Assembly: GCA_010405405.1 (NCBI GenBank)
Contig: MU004231.1
Location: forward strand, 1,228,153 to 1,292,152
Direction: 5' to 3'
DNA: 64,000 nt
From: Microthyrium microscopicum
Taxonomy: Eukaryota
In this document: positions 13,901 to 25,914 of the stretch, in pieces
How the letters are laid out: the number at the start of each line of letters is the position of its first letter
How positions within the stretch are numbered: the first letter of the stretch is position 1
The notes under the pieces: model-generated
What the model saw: the letters and a program-made list of their open reading frames with translations, nothing else
The model's database searches: none
Told to the model about the DNA's origin: nothing
Translations under genes and position numbers: made by a program

Positions 13901-14161
13901 TAAACTCAAACCTCCTTCTCTTTTTTCAAATTCTAAGCGCTAGTTAGCCTAGAAAGTCATGTTGTTCACTACTTTTCTTGACACGTTACTGTATAAACGC
14001 ATATACAGTAGCAACTATCGTACGTTCTCACTTACTCTATATGATGATATGTAAGTTTATAAGCTCATGTGCACAATCAGGTGAAACTGATGTATGATTT
14101 CATTTTGGAGGAGGGTTCCTCCATTCAGTATGCGTATCATGTATGTTTGTGGAAGATGAGC

Positions 14162-15407
14162 TTAAGCATTAAAGTCGACGACCATACGACCTGCAACTTG
14201 CCCCTTTCGCAGTTTGTCAACAGCCTCTGCCATCCTATCAATTGGATAAACCTCACAAATCTGCTTCAGTAGTCCTCTTTGAGCGTATTTCAACGCTCTA
14301 TCTGTATCCTCCATTGTTCCCACCAGCGTACCTTCGATCCTCCTCCCCTTGACTATACACCAATTAGGGTCAACAGTCATTTGTCCTGTTCCAACAGGTG
14401 GCAATCCAATACACATAACCACAGCTCCAACGCGGTCGCCAGTCAGTTTAGTCGCATTGGCATACGCTGACGGCGCAGTGACGAACACCCCATGAGCGCC
14501 AATTCCATCAGCGATTTTCTTAACTTCTTCAGCAACATCATCAATTTCTTTGAAATCAATGAACGCTTCCGCTCCCATCTCAAGCGACAGCTTCTTCTTG
14601 GAATCACCAGTATCGATCACAATTGGCCGAAAGCCCATAGCCTTAGCCAACTGAACTCCCTGGATACCCACGCCTCCACCTCCACCCGGGAACACAGCCC
14701 AATTATGCGGGCGCAGCTTCGACTCCGTCAACGAGCGCAACATCGTTGACGCACTGCACATAATCGGCGCCGCAACCTCATCAGGCACACCCTCTGGAAT
14801 CGGCGAGGTATAGCGTGCAGGTGAAACCACGTATTGCTGGTATGTGCCTACTCCAATCAGCCACACTCTCTCTAACCAAATCTCCCCATATTACATACCT
14901 GTAACCATAAGACCAGTATGAATAGCATTCGGGCAATGATTCTCCTTGCCCTGCCAACAAACTTCACAGGAACGACAAACATCCATCAACGGCTTAATGC
15001 CCGCGCGATCACCGACTTTGAAATTTTTGACATTGGCGCCTGTTTTGACGACAACGCCAGCGCCCTCGTGGCCGGGTGAGCGGACGCCAAAGTAGGAGAT
15101 TGGCGGCGCGCTGAGGTCGTTTAGCATGTAGTGCACGTCCGAGTAACATATGCCGGTGACGTTGAGTTTAAGGAGAACGTCATCGGGACCTGTGTGGTAC
15201 CTGTCAGCAAAGAACGTGGTACAAGGACGGATGTGATCGATGCACGTTATTAGGAGGTCAACGATGTGGTTGCCATGTGGGGTGGCAGTTGGTGTTCTTA
15301 CCTGGTTCTGGGACTGGAACCATTTCTACTTTGAGTTCGAAGTCTGGACCTTCATTGTATATTACGCCGGCCTTGCATTCTTTGGGGATGTCAAAATGTT
15401 GTGCCAT
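14162..15407 (-). CDS. Zinc-dependent alcohol dehydrogenase (MDR family); introns 15190-15301 and 14848-14898
   Basis: TGICYSDVH, GHEGAG, structural Zn cluster CRSCEVC…C, Rossmann GGGGGVG; canonical splice sites restore the frame. Confidence 0.92.
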
Positions 15408-16002
15408 CTTGATATGCGAAAGATGTCAAATTTCTCTGATATACAATTCGTAAACACGGCTCAACGATGGAAATGTCGTGCGCTTTTCGTTGTAGAAGAG
15501 TGGTTGTTAAGAAGTCGGGGTAAAGCTTGACACAACCCGAGGTCAGCGTTGATACATACTTCGCCATTACTGCAAGTCAGACCAGGCAACCTATCTTATG
15601 TACGTACCCACAAAAGAACTACCCTCATCAGGGAGTAGAGACAATATGATTTGCTTCACAGAAGCTACCCCGCATGAAGATATGCGACTATCCGCGGATC
15701 TGGGGCAGCCAATTGGGGATTTAGTATACCGTACCAGGAGCCTGGCTGCGTCTATAGCCTGCCTTAACGTGCGTAAGCTTCTTGAATCTTTCACATGGAG
15801 TACTTGAAAGTGGTATGGAATGAACTAAGATGCTCCCTTAAGCATCGTATTAAATTAGGATCTAAAAGCTAGCGATAGCCAATGTCGTACAGTCTAAAAC
15901 GCAACCAGTATTTGTTTATGTATCATATATCGCTGAACAATTTCGATAACCAGAGTGCCTCCTTTTTGTAGTAGATTGTTTTGAACATGAATGCTTACTC
16001 TT

Positions 16003-17347
16003 TCAATCCGCCTTGAAGACCATTTCACCAAACTTCCAGACCTGTTCGATCTTGAGGCTCTTCCATCCTTCAGCATCTTCACTGTCGTCCAAAACCACCA
16101 GATCTGCATCTGCTCCTGGTTCCAGAACACCTTTGACCCCATCAATGCCGAGCATACGCGCTGGCGTACGGGAAGCCGCAGTGAGTGACTCTGCGATGCT
16201 TGCACCAGTCCAGTTGCGGAAGTTGTTGATGCACTCGATCATCGTGCTCGCACTTCCTGCAATCTTGCCATCTGAGTCAACAAGGTGCAGTACCTGACCC
16301 TTCTTCTCGATGCGATCGCCATTGGTCCAGTCATACACGCCATCGGGCAAGCCGGCAGCAAACATAGCATCGGTGACCAGAATACAGCCTTCACGATGCG
16401 CGTGCCAGGCCAGGTTGATACAGGTTGCATGTAGATGAATGCCATCGGCAATCAAACCGAAGAATGGCTTATTGCTACTAGGTACGCCGAGCAATCCAAA
16501 GATACCTGGGTTGCGATGATGCAAAGGCTCCATGGCGTTGAACAAGTGCGTGATTGTTGATGCGCCGGCCGACAATGCCGATATAGCATGCTCGTATGTG
16601 GTAGTAGAATGGCCAATGGAAGCGATGATGCCGCGCGCGTCCAAGTCTGCAATGGCATCGATCGCACCGGGTAGTTCGGGTGCAATGGTGACTAGTCTCA
16701 CCGTGCTGTTGCTTCCGCCTTGAAGGTTGTCCGCGCCGTAGCATTCGGCAAGTGACGCGAAACCATCTTCAGGCTTGACAAGCACGCTCTTCGGATGGAT
16801 GCCGTTACGACAAGGATTGATGAACGGGCCTTCGCAATGGGCTCCGAGGATTTCAGCACCTTGAGATGCACTTCGGATGGAGCTGGAAGGCTTGAGGAAT
16901 GGCAAGACCTAGACCCATTGGTATCAGCTTATGTGTGATGTATCATGGAAGGTGATTGCCAACCTTTTTATAGAGCGTCGTTTTTTGGCTCGTGATTGTT
17001 GGTAGGAAGCTTGTGACTCCAAACTGAACAAGACCTTTTCGGATCTTGTTGACACCTTTTGCGTAGTCGCTCAAGTTGTCGCATTCATTCGAAAAGTCGA
17101 AACCAAAGCCGCCATTGACCTGAGTCTCGACGAAGCCAGGAGCAAGAATCTTCCCTCCTAGATCGATGACTTTGCTGGGTCCTAGCTTTTGGCTGTAAAA
17201 AACATCTTGACCATGTAGGACTCTGCCCGTCTCAGGGCTAATCCATAGGTCTGCCTTGACCAGACTATCTCCTCTCAAAAGTCGACAGTTGGTGAATTTG
17301 ATAACTGTATCGCGGACATTAATTTCATCTGCAGTAAAGTGGACCAT
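16003..17347 (-). CDS. DAC1: N-acetylglucosamine-6-phosphate deacetylase; intron 16909-16963
   Basis: APGFVETQVNGGFG, GVTSFLPTI, GAHCEGPF, TIAPE, SIGHS, THLFNAM, IADGIH, LVTDAM and IAGS motifs of NagA/Dac1. Confidence 0.95.
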
Positions 17348-18119
17348 GATTTGCTCGTGGACAAGAGCAACCACGAGCTCGCCACAGCAGTGCCATGAAT
17401 ACAAGTACTGAGCTACTTACGTTTGCTAGACGTCACTGACGCAGCTTCCGGTATCCTGGGATCCATTACACGTGGTGATAGTGAAGTAGTCAACTGGCGC
17501 TACTACTTGGGGTGGTGAAGAAAAACAGGGTGACCGTTGCATCATGGCCAGTCCGCGGATCATACTAGCAGATAACTGCACTTGATATCTAGAAAACTTA
17601 CTCTACATTAGGCAATACTACATGTTGAAGGCCAAGATAAAGAGGCCGCTAAAAAGTTTGCTTGATGATGATAAGTTTTGGCCTGCCCTCTACAAGCTTC
17701 AGCCATGGTTGGGGGCGGGGAGAGACGAGGATGCCCAAGCGCTAACTGACGCCCCTGACTCAACGCCAATCAGTCAAGCCAAAGTCCGATGATAACCACC
17801 TTAAAGCTCCAATTCAGGCTTTTTCCAGGGGCCATGTAGTCGCTTACTTTATCTAGAATCCCATTCGAAAGTACCACGCCAGTCAGTCAGCAATCAATCC
17901 AACGGATCAGCCAGTGTAACCTCAGGAGCTTGTACGATCGCCACCGTTGAGATTAGGTGTGAGGGCGTACAATGTGACTTAACCTTGCTGTCATGCTGCT
18001 TCAGTATCATTTGGGCCCGTTGACACCCTGCGTTGAGACGCTGTAACGGCTTGCATCGGAGTTCATTTGCTCTACACTGCTATAGCTGGCCGCATTGCGG
18101 TTGATTCTCGGCCGTCACC
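17348..18119. promoter_or_regulatory. Divergent dac1/ngs1 promoter with six HGATAR sites and one SYGGRG site
   Basis: Genes are head-to-head. HGATAR at 17476, 17570, 17635, 17669, 17790 and 17849(-); GCGGGG at 17715. Function of the sites is inferred only. Confidence 0.5.
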
Positions 18120-21100
18120 ATGGCCGTTACTGAGTTGGACGGGGTGTGGAACGATCTGGATCGGTAAGTGAACCCTCTCCTTGCTTGCCGAATCGGGCCT
18201 TGCTAATGTCGGTTTTAGGACGCTTGTATGTCGCCGTTGGCGTGTTTCTGGAGGCCCTCACTAATTCTATAGGGCCAACTGTTTATGATGGGCTTTGATG
18301 GTACTACAGTAACACCTCAAATACGTGAATTGATACAAAGCCATCATATCGGATCTATTTTGTTGACCGCCAAGAATTTACAAAGTAACTCTCCCAGGTT
18401 GCTTTGATATCTTCATCATGCTTATAAGCTTTAGGTGCGGAACATACAACCTCTTTGATATATGAACTACAGAAAACCGCATATGATTCAGGACATCCAG
18501 TTCCCTTACTTATTGGACTCGATCAAGAGAATGGAGGAGTTAATAGCTTGTTCGACGAGATTTATATCCGTCAATATCCCAGCGCAATGGGCATCGCCGC
18601 AACTAGATCTAAAGAGCTAGCATTTGACGTTGCGAAAGCAACAGGAGAAGAGATATCAGTAAGCACTCCATGGAAAGCTATCATCTCTGCCGGTATCTTT
18701 GATGTTCTACTGAAATGGTGCTATCACAAAGTATCGCGGAGCACTTTGGTGGATATCAAACCTGCCAGGCCTTGTATTGGCTACAGTAACATCTTCTATA
18801 TTGAATTAAGCTGACCGACAAATCAGGCATGTGGAATCAATCTGGTGATGGGGCCATGTCTGGATGTGCTCACAAATGCGCGAAATCAACCATTAGGCGT
18901 AAGAACAACTGGAGATGGTAGGTTGAGTTTTGGACCAAAAGGAATAGAAGGCTAATCAAAACAGATCCCCAGCAAGTATCAGATTTCGGTATTGCCTCTA
19001 TGCAAGGCTACAAAGCTGCAGGATTATCAACAATGGGAAAGCATTTTCCATCTTACGGTAATCTAGAGTTTCTCGGATCAGCATTAGATGTTCCTATCAT
19101 TACAGAATCCCTGGAACAACTGCAACTAAGTGCTTTGGTACCATTTCGAAATGCAATCAACCTCGGTCTAGATGCCATGATGGTAGGTGGATGTGCCATG
19201 TCGTCAAAGGGTTTAGAAGTGATGCATGCCTGCCTATCAGACCAGGTTGTAGACGGTCTCTTACGCAAAGATCTACACTTTGATGGTGTAGTAATATCCG
19301 AGTGTCTAGAGATGGAAGCGTTGAGCCACAACATTGGTGTTGGTGGAGGCACTGTCATGGCTGTAAACGCTGGATGTGATCTGATATTGTTATGTCGGTC
19401 ATTCAACGTGCAACAAGACGCTATTAGCGGACTCAAGTCAGGCATTCACAGCGCCATGATAACAATGCCTCGAATACAAAACTCACTAAGACGAGTACTG
19501 CAAATGAAAACAAAATGCACAACCTGGGAGAAGGCTCTCAATCCGCCAGGTTTACCCCTTCTTGGAACTTTACAACCAGCTCACACAGCTTTATCCACCA
19601 AAGCTTACAACAACTCAATCACTATCGTTCGTGATCGAAACAACTACCTACCCCTGACCAATATCCTAGAGTCAGATGAAGAACTATTACTACTTACGCC
19701 GCTGGTCAAACCGCTGGCAGCCTCTGCAGCAGCACGAGCTGTTATCGAGTCACTCGCGGTTGGATCACCAGAGCCAGCCGTATGGGAACGAAGTGCTTCT
19801 GTCATGAGCGGTGAAAGAGTCTTTAGAGAGTTAGGTCGGTCTCTTGCTCGAAGAAGAAATGGAAGAGTACTACATACCTCATACACAGCAAATGGACTCC
19901 GGCCACAACACGAGCAGCTAATCATAAGAGCTAGCGCAGTGATTGTGGTGACAGCGGATGCTAATCGGAATCTATATCAAACTGCTTTTGCAAAGCACGT
20001 TTCCCTGATGATGTCGCATGGCGAAGAGAAAGAAAAACCATTGATAGTCGTGGCTGTTTCATCGCCCTATGATCTGCTCGACGCCACCAAAATAGGGACA
20101 TATGTGGTTACATACGATTTCACAGTACGTCCGTAGACACTATATGCGAAATTGCAAACTTACACCATCTAGGAAACTGCCATGACAAGTCTCGTCAGAG
20201 TACTGTATGGAGACATCATCCCGTCCGGCTGTCTACCAGGCACCATCAGTCAGAGTCAACGGCTCGGGCCTGCACGCCAGCACTGGCTAGTCGAGACCTT
20301 CAATGAAGACCGAGACTCCCACGCTCTCGACGCACTGATCAAAACCCTCATCGATGATACGCCCCAAGCCCAACGCATCGAGCTGTCCGGCGCCACCTCA
20401 ACCTCACTCATCCTGCATCATCCCGACATTCTCGAGTCGCACTTTGTCGTGCGCAATAGCAGCACGCATGCGCTTTTTGGCTTCTGCGCTACTTACTTTT
20501 TCAAAAAGACCGGCACGGGCGTCATCGGCGCCCTCTTTGTCGACCCGGCCCGCCGCAAACTCTCCATTGGCCGCAGTCTGCATAACCGCGCCATCAGCAC
20601 GTTGCTGCAACGTGAGGGCTCCAAGCGCTTCCAGCTCGGTTCTAGACTGCCCTCTGTGTACTTGGGCATTCCCACAGACCACAGCATCGAACGCAAGAGA
20701 CTGCGCTCGTGGTTCGCAAACATGGGCTGGAACACAGCGCTCGCGCGACCCCTCTGCAGCATGATTGCGCGCAACCTGGGCGACTGGTCACCGCCCGAAG
20801 GCATGGCAGCCTCACTACAGAGCGCAGGCGCAGCCTTCGACCTAGTCTACGGCTGGGAGTTTGCGGGCCCAGTGCTAGACCACATAAAGTCGAGCAACCG
20901 ACAAGGACTGGCAGAAGTGTATCAGTTGGCGCTCAAGGACAGTGGAGCATGCGGCATCATTCGAGCCAAGCGGCCAGAAGACGGTGCATTGCTGGGCACG
21001 GTAGTTCTGTATAATCAGCATTCTCAGCTGGCAGAGTATATCCCTGCGATCAAGGATCTCACTGAACTAGCAGGAGGTATAAGCTCGCCGGTCATAGCCC

Positions 21101-21382
21101 CTGGAGTTGGGGAATATTCGACTTTACTGCAAGGCTTGATTCTATTGGGTATGCGGCAAATTAAGCAGCAAGGCTGCACGGCGTGTGTATTGGACTATGT
21201 AAGTACATCCTCGTCAGAAGATGCTTGACTCGACATGCTACGGATATTATAGCTAACTTCACGTCTAGATGGATGGCGATGGAGGATTTGATGGTCTGTC
21301 CGCGATGGGTTTTTCGGTCCTGCACAAGTTTGATGAGGTCAGTTGCGATGCTACGACTTTCACTATGCAGCCTCCGAATTAA
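18120..21382 (+). CDS. NGS1: GH3 beta-N-acetylglucosaminidase-like domain fused to GNAT acetyltransferase: Ngs1/Nag3-type GlcNAc sensor. Exons 18120-18163, 18219-18225, 18273-18384, 18435-18658, 18827-18917, 18965-20124, 20173-21198, 21269-21382
   Basis: DLDRTLGQLFMMGFDG, IGLDQENGGV, GPCLDV…LGVR, KHFPSYG, ISECLEMEAL; C-terminal GNAT motif A (LFVDPARRKLSIGRSLH). All seven introns are GT-AG and keep the frame; GlcNAc cluster context. Confidence 0.9.
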
Positions 21383-22570
21383 ATGAGTGGCAATTTGGTT
21401 AAGAGAGTTTCCTGGATAATGCTGCAGGAAGATGTTTCATGGCGTTCGATTTTATGTGTGGCTACTGCTACGTTGTGCTTTTCTTCGTTAATAGCGTGTT
21501 GATATTGGTCAATTGTTCATTGGGCGTTTATGCGGGCCGTGGGAAGTGCCTATTGCAGCGATAATATCTAGAGTAAGGCTGAGATCTGCTCAAATCCAAT
21601 AATTCTTGACATCCAACTGAATGCCAACGTAAAATACACTCCCATCAAGTGCGATATTTACCACTGCGCTTTATAAAGCTCATACTCTCTAAATCCCTCG
21701 GCATTCCACAAATATATCTACGTACTCTATGTGAAGTGAAGTAAGTAGTCGATAACAGAGCGTAGCGGATGGGAGTCAATGAGGCTGACAGAAGCGCGCC
21801 AGTTGACATCTTCTGTGCTTCCATCATCATCTTCTCTAACCGACAATAACCGCTCCCAATCTTGCTCCACGAGTATATCTGACATGTGAAATACATATCC
21901 GATGGAGGCGCACAACTTGAATTACCGAGCCGTCTTTTCTCCTAGCAGTGATATACGAAGAAACGCATAATTGCTTCTATCGTTCGCTCGAGCGCCAAAG
22001 ATGTGCGCAACCAGGTTCAACAGCCTCTGTACCACGCAGCCTTAAACTTCCCGACCATCTTCAGCATCTTGATAGAATGGCCAAGTCCGAGCACCAATGA
22101 CCATCCCTTAATCCATCGGCGCATCACTTTAGCGTCTAAGAGACATCAGCAAACCAAGGCGATCCCATGGCCTGCTACAGTATTCAGTTCGCGCTCATAA
22201 ACCACAGCCCATGCCATAGTCCGCGCAATAACCATCAGTCGCACAGGAATATGCGCAACCAACCACCATCCAAAGAATCGCAAAAGTTAACATAATAGTT
22301 TTCTCCACTGCCCATCACCTGTCCGCAATCCCGGTTCTGTCAAAGTGAGCAACTCAAAAGACCACACATGGATGTCCTGTCCTTCACCAGGCGCAACCAA
22401 CCAAACACATGCGCCATGTATGCAAACTTCCCTTCCCTTCCCCGGAACAGAAGTTCAGAACAGCAAGTAGAACATGCCGTTGCAACGATTTGACTGGATA
22501 GAAATGTGGCTTGCATACTCGCAGCCGCTAGAGCTGTTGGGTGCGTGCTTCCATGCCGTCCGGCGTTCTT

Positions 22571-22801
22571 CTAGAAAGACGCTAGAAGCTCTTTCTGGAA
22601 GCATGTCCGAAGCAAACCGTTGACGCCACTGCAGTCATCGGCCGCTGCATGTCCGTTTGAGCCAATCATTGGAAATCTTGCGATGCAGCCCCTTACTGGT
22701 AGGCCCCAATCCATGTTCGTGCTTGCTTGCGCCACCACGGGGTGTCCGGCGGCGACGGCGACTGGGGTCTTGGATGGACGGGGATTGGCTGGGTGGTGCA
22801 T
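22571..22801 (-). CDS. Candidate small ORF (76 aa unspliced, or 55 aa if 22645-22696 is an intron)
   Basis: CT-rich 5'UTR-like leader, caccATG context and a GTAAGG donor at 22696; no recognisable domain. Confidence 0.25.
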   Translation of the reverse strand: MHHPANPRPSKTPVAVAAGHPVVAQASTNMDWGLPVRGCIARFPMIGSNGHAAADDCSGVNGLLRTCFQKELLASF

Positions 22802-25800
22802 GGTGAGATTGAAATGAGATTCAGAATAGGTAGAGATGGAGAATATTCCTGGGGAGAGGAGAGTCCGTGTAAGCTGGTTTGCTTGATTGTGGGTTCTTGC
22901 GCGCGTGGTTGTGTGTGACGCGAGAGGGATCGTTCTGGTTGGCGAGATTGAGAATGAAATGCCGAAATGCAGGCTAAACGTGTAAACCAATGGTAGGTCG
23001 TGGGGAAGATTGAGATGCGTTTGGATGGAAATTTATGAGAAAGATTGGCTCTGTAGCTACATTTCGGATCCAAGATCAAGCGGATCAGGTCCCGCGTTGG
23101 CGTGTATGCATGCCAGTTGTACTCACCTTCCAATCGTAGATAACCGTTTCACGATGCTGCAGTTGTTAATCTATCTGGTACATATTCCGCCCCGGCTGCC
23201 CAGTTCCGCAGCCTGGAGACAGTGGTGTAGATTTTGACAACTGGCAGGTTGATTGTGATGATGTGGTAAAAGATTCATGTCATGGCTTGGGAACAAGGGT
23301 GTCGGTTGGTCAGTGTGGAAAAGCCATAAGGGTCCTGACAAGTTTGACAAGTGTGGAGGTGACAAACATGGCGTTGAATAAATGAACTTTATTTTAGGTA
23401 TTGTTGTCAGTGCGGATGATTAGTATTTCAGCCGCCACTTCTGATGACCTGCTAAAAGGTCCTATCACTTGAGGTTCGAGGAGGGAGACTCGAGAGAAAT
23501 GCCAGTGTGATCTAAATTTAGAACCCACCTGGTGTTTTTGGCGATATGGCTGCTTTTGACCGAGCAGTGGCTTTTTATTCGATTCATAACGTTGAAAATA
23601 GAAACAAATTGTATGGAAGATAGGAGCGTCTGGTCAGCCTAATAATCAACTTTGATGTTATGGCAGAGAGTGCTCCGGTGTACCACTCATCGGATAAAGC
23701 ACCAGAGATCTTCGTACCTTCCACCCCACGCTCACACGACAGATGCCATGGGCCATGGCTACCATGTTGTGAGATGATATGGCTCGATCAAGAGAAGCAA
23801 CAGGACATCTGTTCAGTGTCAGCCTTGCCGCACCATCTGACGTACCTGACCATAATGGGTCAGTTTACAACCACGTTTTGCCTCAGTTCCTTTTTTTGGT
23901 TGGCTTAGTGATGTATGAACTTGCAGCCAGAAGGCAAAATATGTATCAAAGGCCAACGACTTGAGGCCAATGAATAGTTTTTGGACCTGACACGATGAAA
24001 GGATTCGGGAAATCCTTGCCCATGAGGCCAATAGAGAGCACAGCCATGACGATGAGGCTCAGGAACATTTTGGCACGACGAGAATATTGATATTAGACTT
24101 CCGCATTGGGCAATGCGGATAGAATCCTGGCTAGTAAGCAGATAACAGGCAAGGCCCGCTATATGATCCACATATCCGACCTAATAACCGGTCTAGCAGG
24201 TGTATGGTACAAGGCCCTAGCAGTAAACTTTGAACGAAACAAGAAGATCCCGAGGGATATCCGGAAAATCAGAGTATGGTTCTTTGATTTGAGAGTTCAG
24301 CATGATGTTGAAGTGCATGGCAAATAAGTGTGTTTCGGGATGTTATAGATGGCTGATTATCAGCATCAAATGACATGTCTTTGTGCTATAAGCTGCAGAC
24401 CAAATATGAGCACTCTCTGACCTTACGCCACATTTAATGCTGGTCAAATGCTTGCGACGGCTTTCTACCCCGGGTGAGATCAATGTTGAAGAAGGGTAAA
24501 CACAAGCAGACACCGCCCTTGATGGAGGGATTCACCAATCAGCGAGCTTAGAGTGGTTGAAGCGGAGGTGAGGATGGGCAGCTGGGAGCGTGAAACAGCA
24601 GGATGAACAGTCCACGGTCTTGTGAAGGATGAATAGCTATGCTCCTACCTAGTAGGTAGAGTGAGTGACGGTCAAGGCAGGCAAAAGGACAGGGAGGAGG
24701 GCGTACGGACCCTCTTTCTTCAGGCTTTGGTGCGTGAGGACCGTGCAGTGATAGGATACAAGTATCATGTATGTCAAGTAATGATTTTCAGATTGCATAT
24801 CTGAGCCAGATTTGTGGACAAGACTTGACCGAGTGAAGTGGATGTCTCGATGATTCGAAGAAAAAGGAAAGCAAAGGGCCTCTGCTTGTTACATGGGGCC
24901 TTCTACAGCCGTTAGAGCGTTAGAGCTCGTAGAGTGGCCAAGCGATGCAAGGCTAGGACTGGATCAGGCAGGGCGGTAGAAGACGCTGTACAGGTTCTAG
25001 CGTTCTGTTGAGTGCATCCTTCTTGGTCTAGTTTGGCCAGCATGGAGCCAGCATGCATCAGGGATCCTGGACGGGCCGCCTCGAGGGTTGGCAGTTAGTA
25101 GTTGATGGTGGTAGTTTAGTGGCAGTTTTTGGTGGAAAAGTACGAAGTACGGGCAGAGGTTCAGTGTATGGTGTTGGGGTGGAATTGGGGATGAAGAAGG
25201 AGGAGGAATGGGGATTGGAGTTGTGGGAAGACTTCCTAGAAGAGACAAGGAACAAAAGCACAAGCATCAAGAGGCGTACTCCGAAGCCTTTTGACCTTTT
25301 GGCCTTCATACTCTAATACTAATGATTTGGTAGCAGTATGTAAATACAAACTGAATATGTATCGGGTGGCCTGCTCAATGCTTCCTTCTTAATCTTTTCT
25401 ACCTTGACTTATTATCATTGTTGATCCACCTGCCTTGCCTTTACTCCTGCAAGTTTCCCGCCAAACCACCGGCGCTGCCTCCGAGATCCCATCTCCAACC
25501 ATTTTTACTCGTCTGCACCGTTATCGATACTGTACTCGACGCCGTTGCTTGCGCCATCTATTATTACTGCGCTACCACTGTACAGTACATCTGGTGGCTG
25601 ATTTTCGACCCTACAGTACAGTACTGTGTTGTACTTCCCCAGTACAAAAGTACTTAACTGTCTCTCAAGGGCCTGCTCGGTGCTCACTCTTTCGCCCGTG
25701 ACGCCGCAGTATCCACGCTTTATTGCTCCTCCTTCCCACATCTTGGGATCTTACCTTGCCTCCTACATCCACTACCATCTTCTCCCTCTAAACTACTTCT

Positions 25801-25914
25801 CGCCTCCACTTTCTTTTCTTCCTCTCCCTCTCCTTCCACTCACCCGCTACTTTACACAGTCGCCATTTCGTGGATCTGCATGTCGATATTCTTGCCGCGC
25901 TTCACCTGCCCGTC

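Noticed and set aside
21400..25900. Hidden or degenerate glucosamine-6-phosphate deaminase (dam1)
   Set aside because: No MRLII, LGLPTG, FNMDEY or GHIAFNEPG-like motif in the listed ORFs or by eye.
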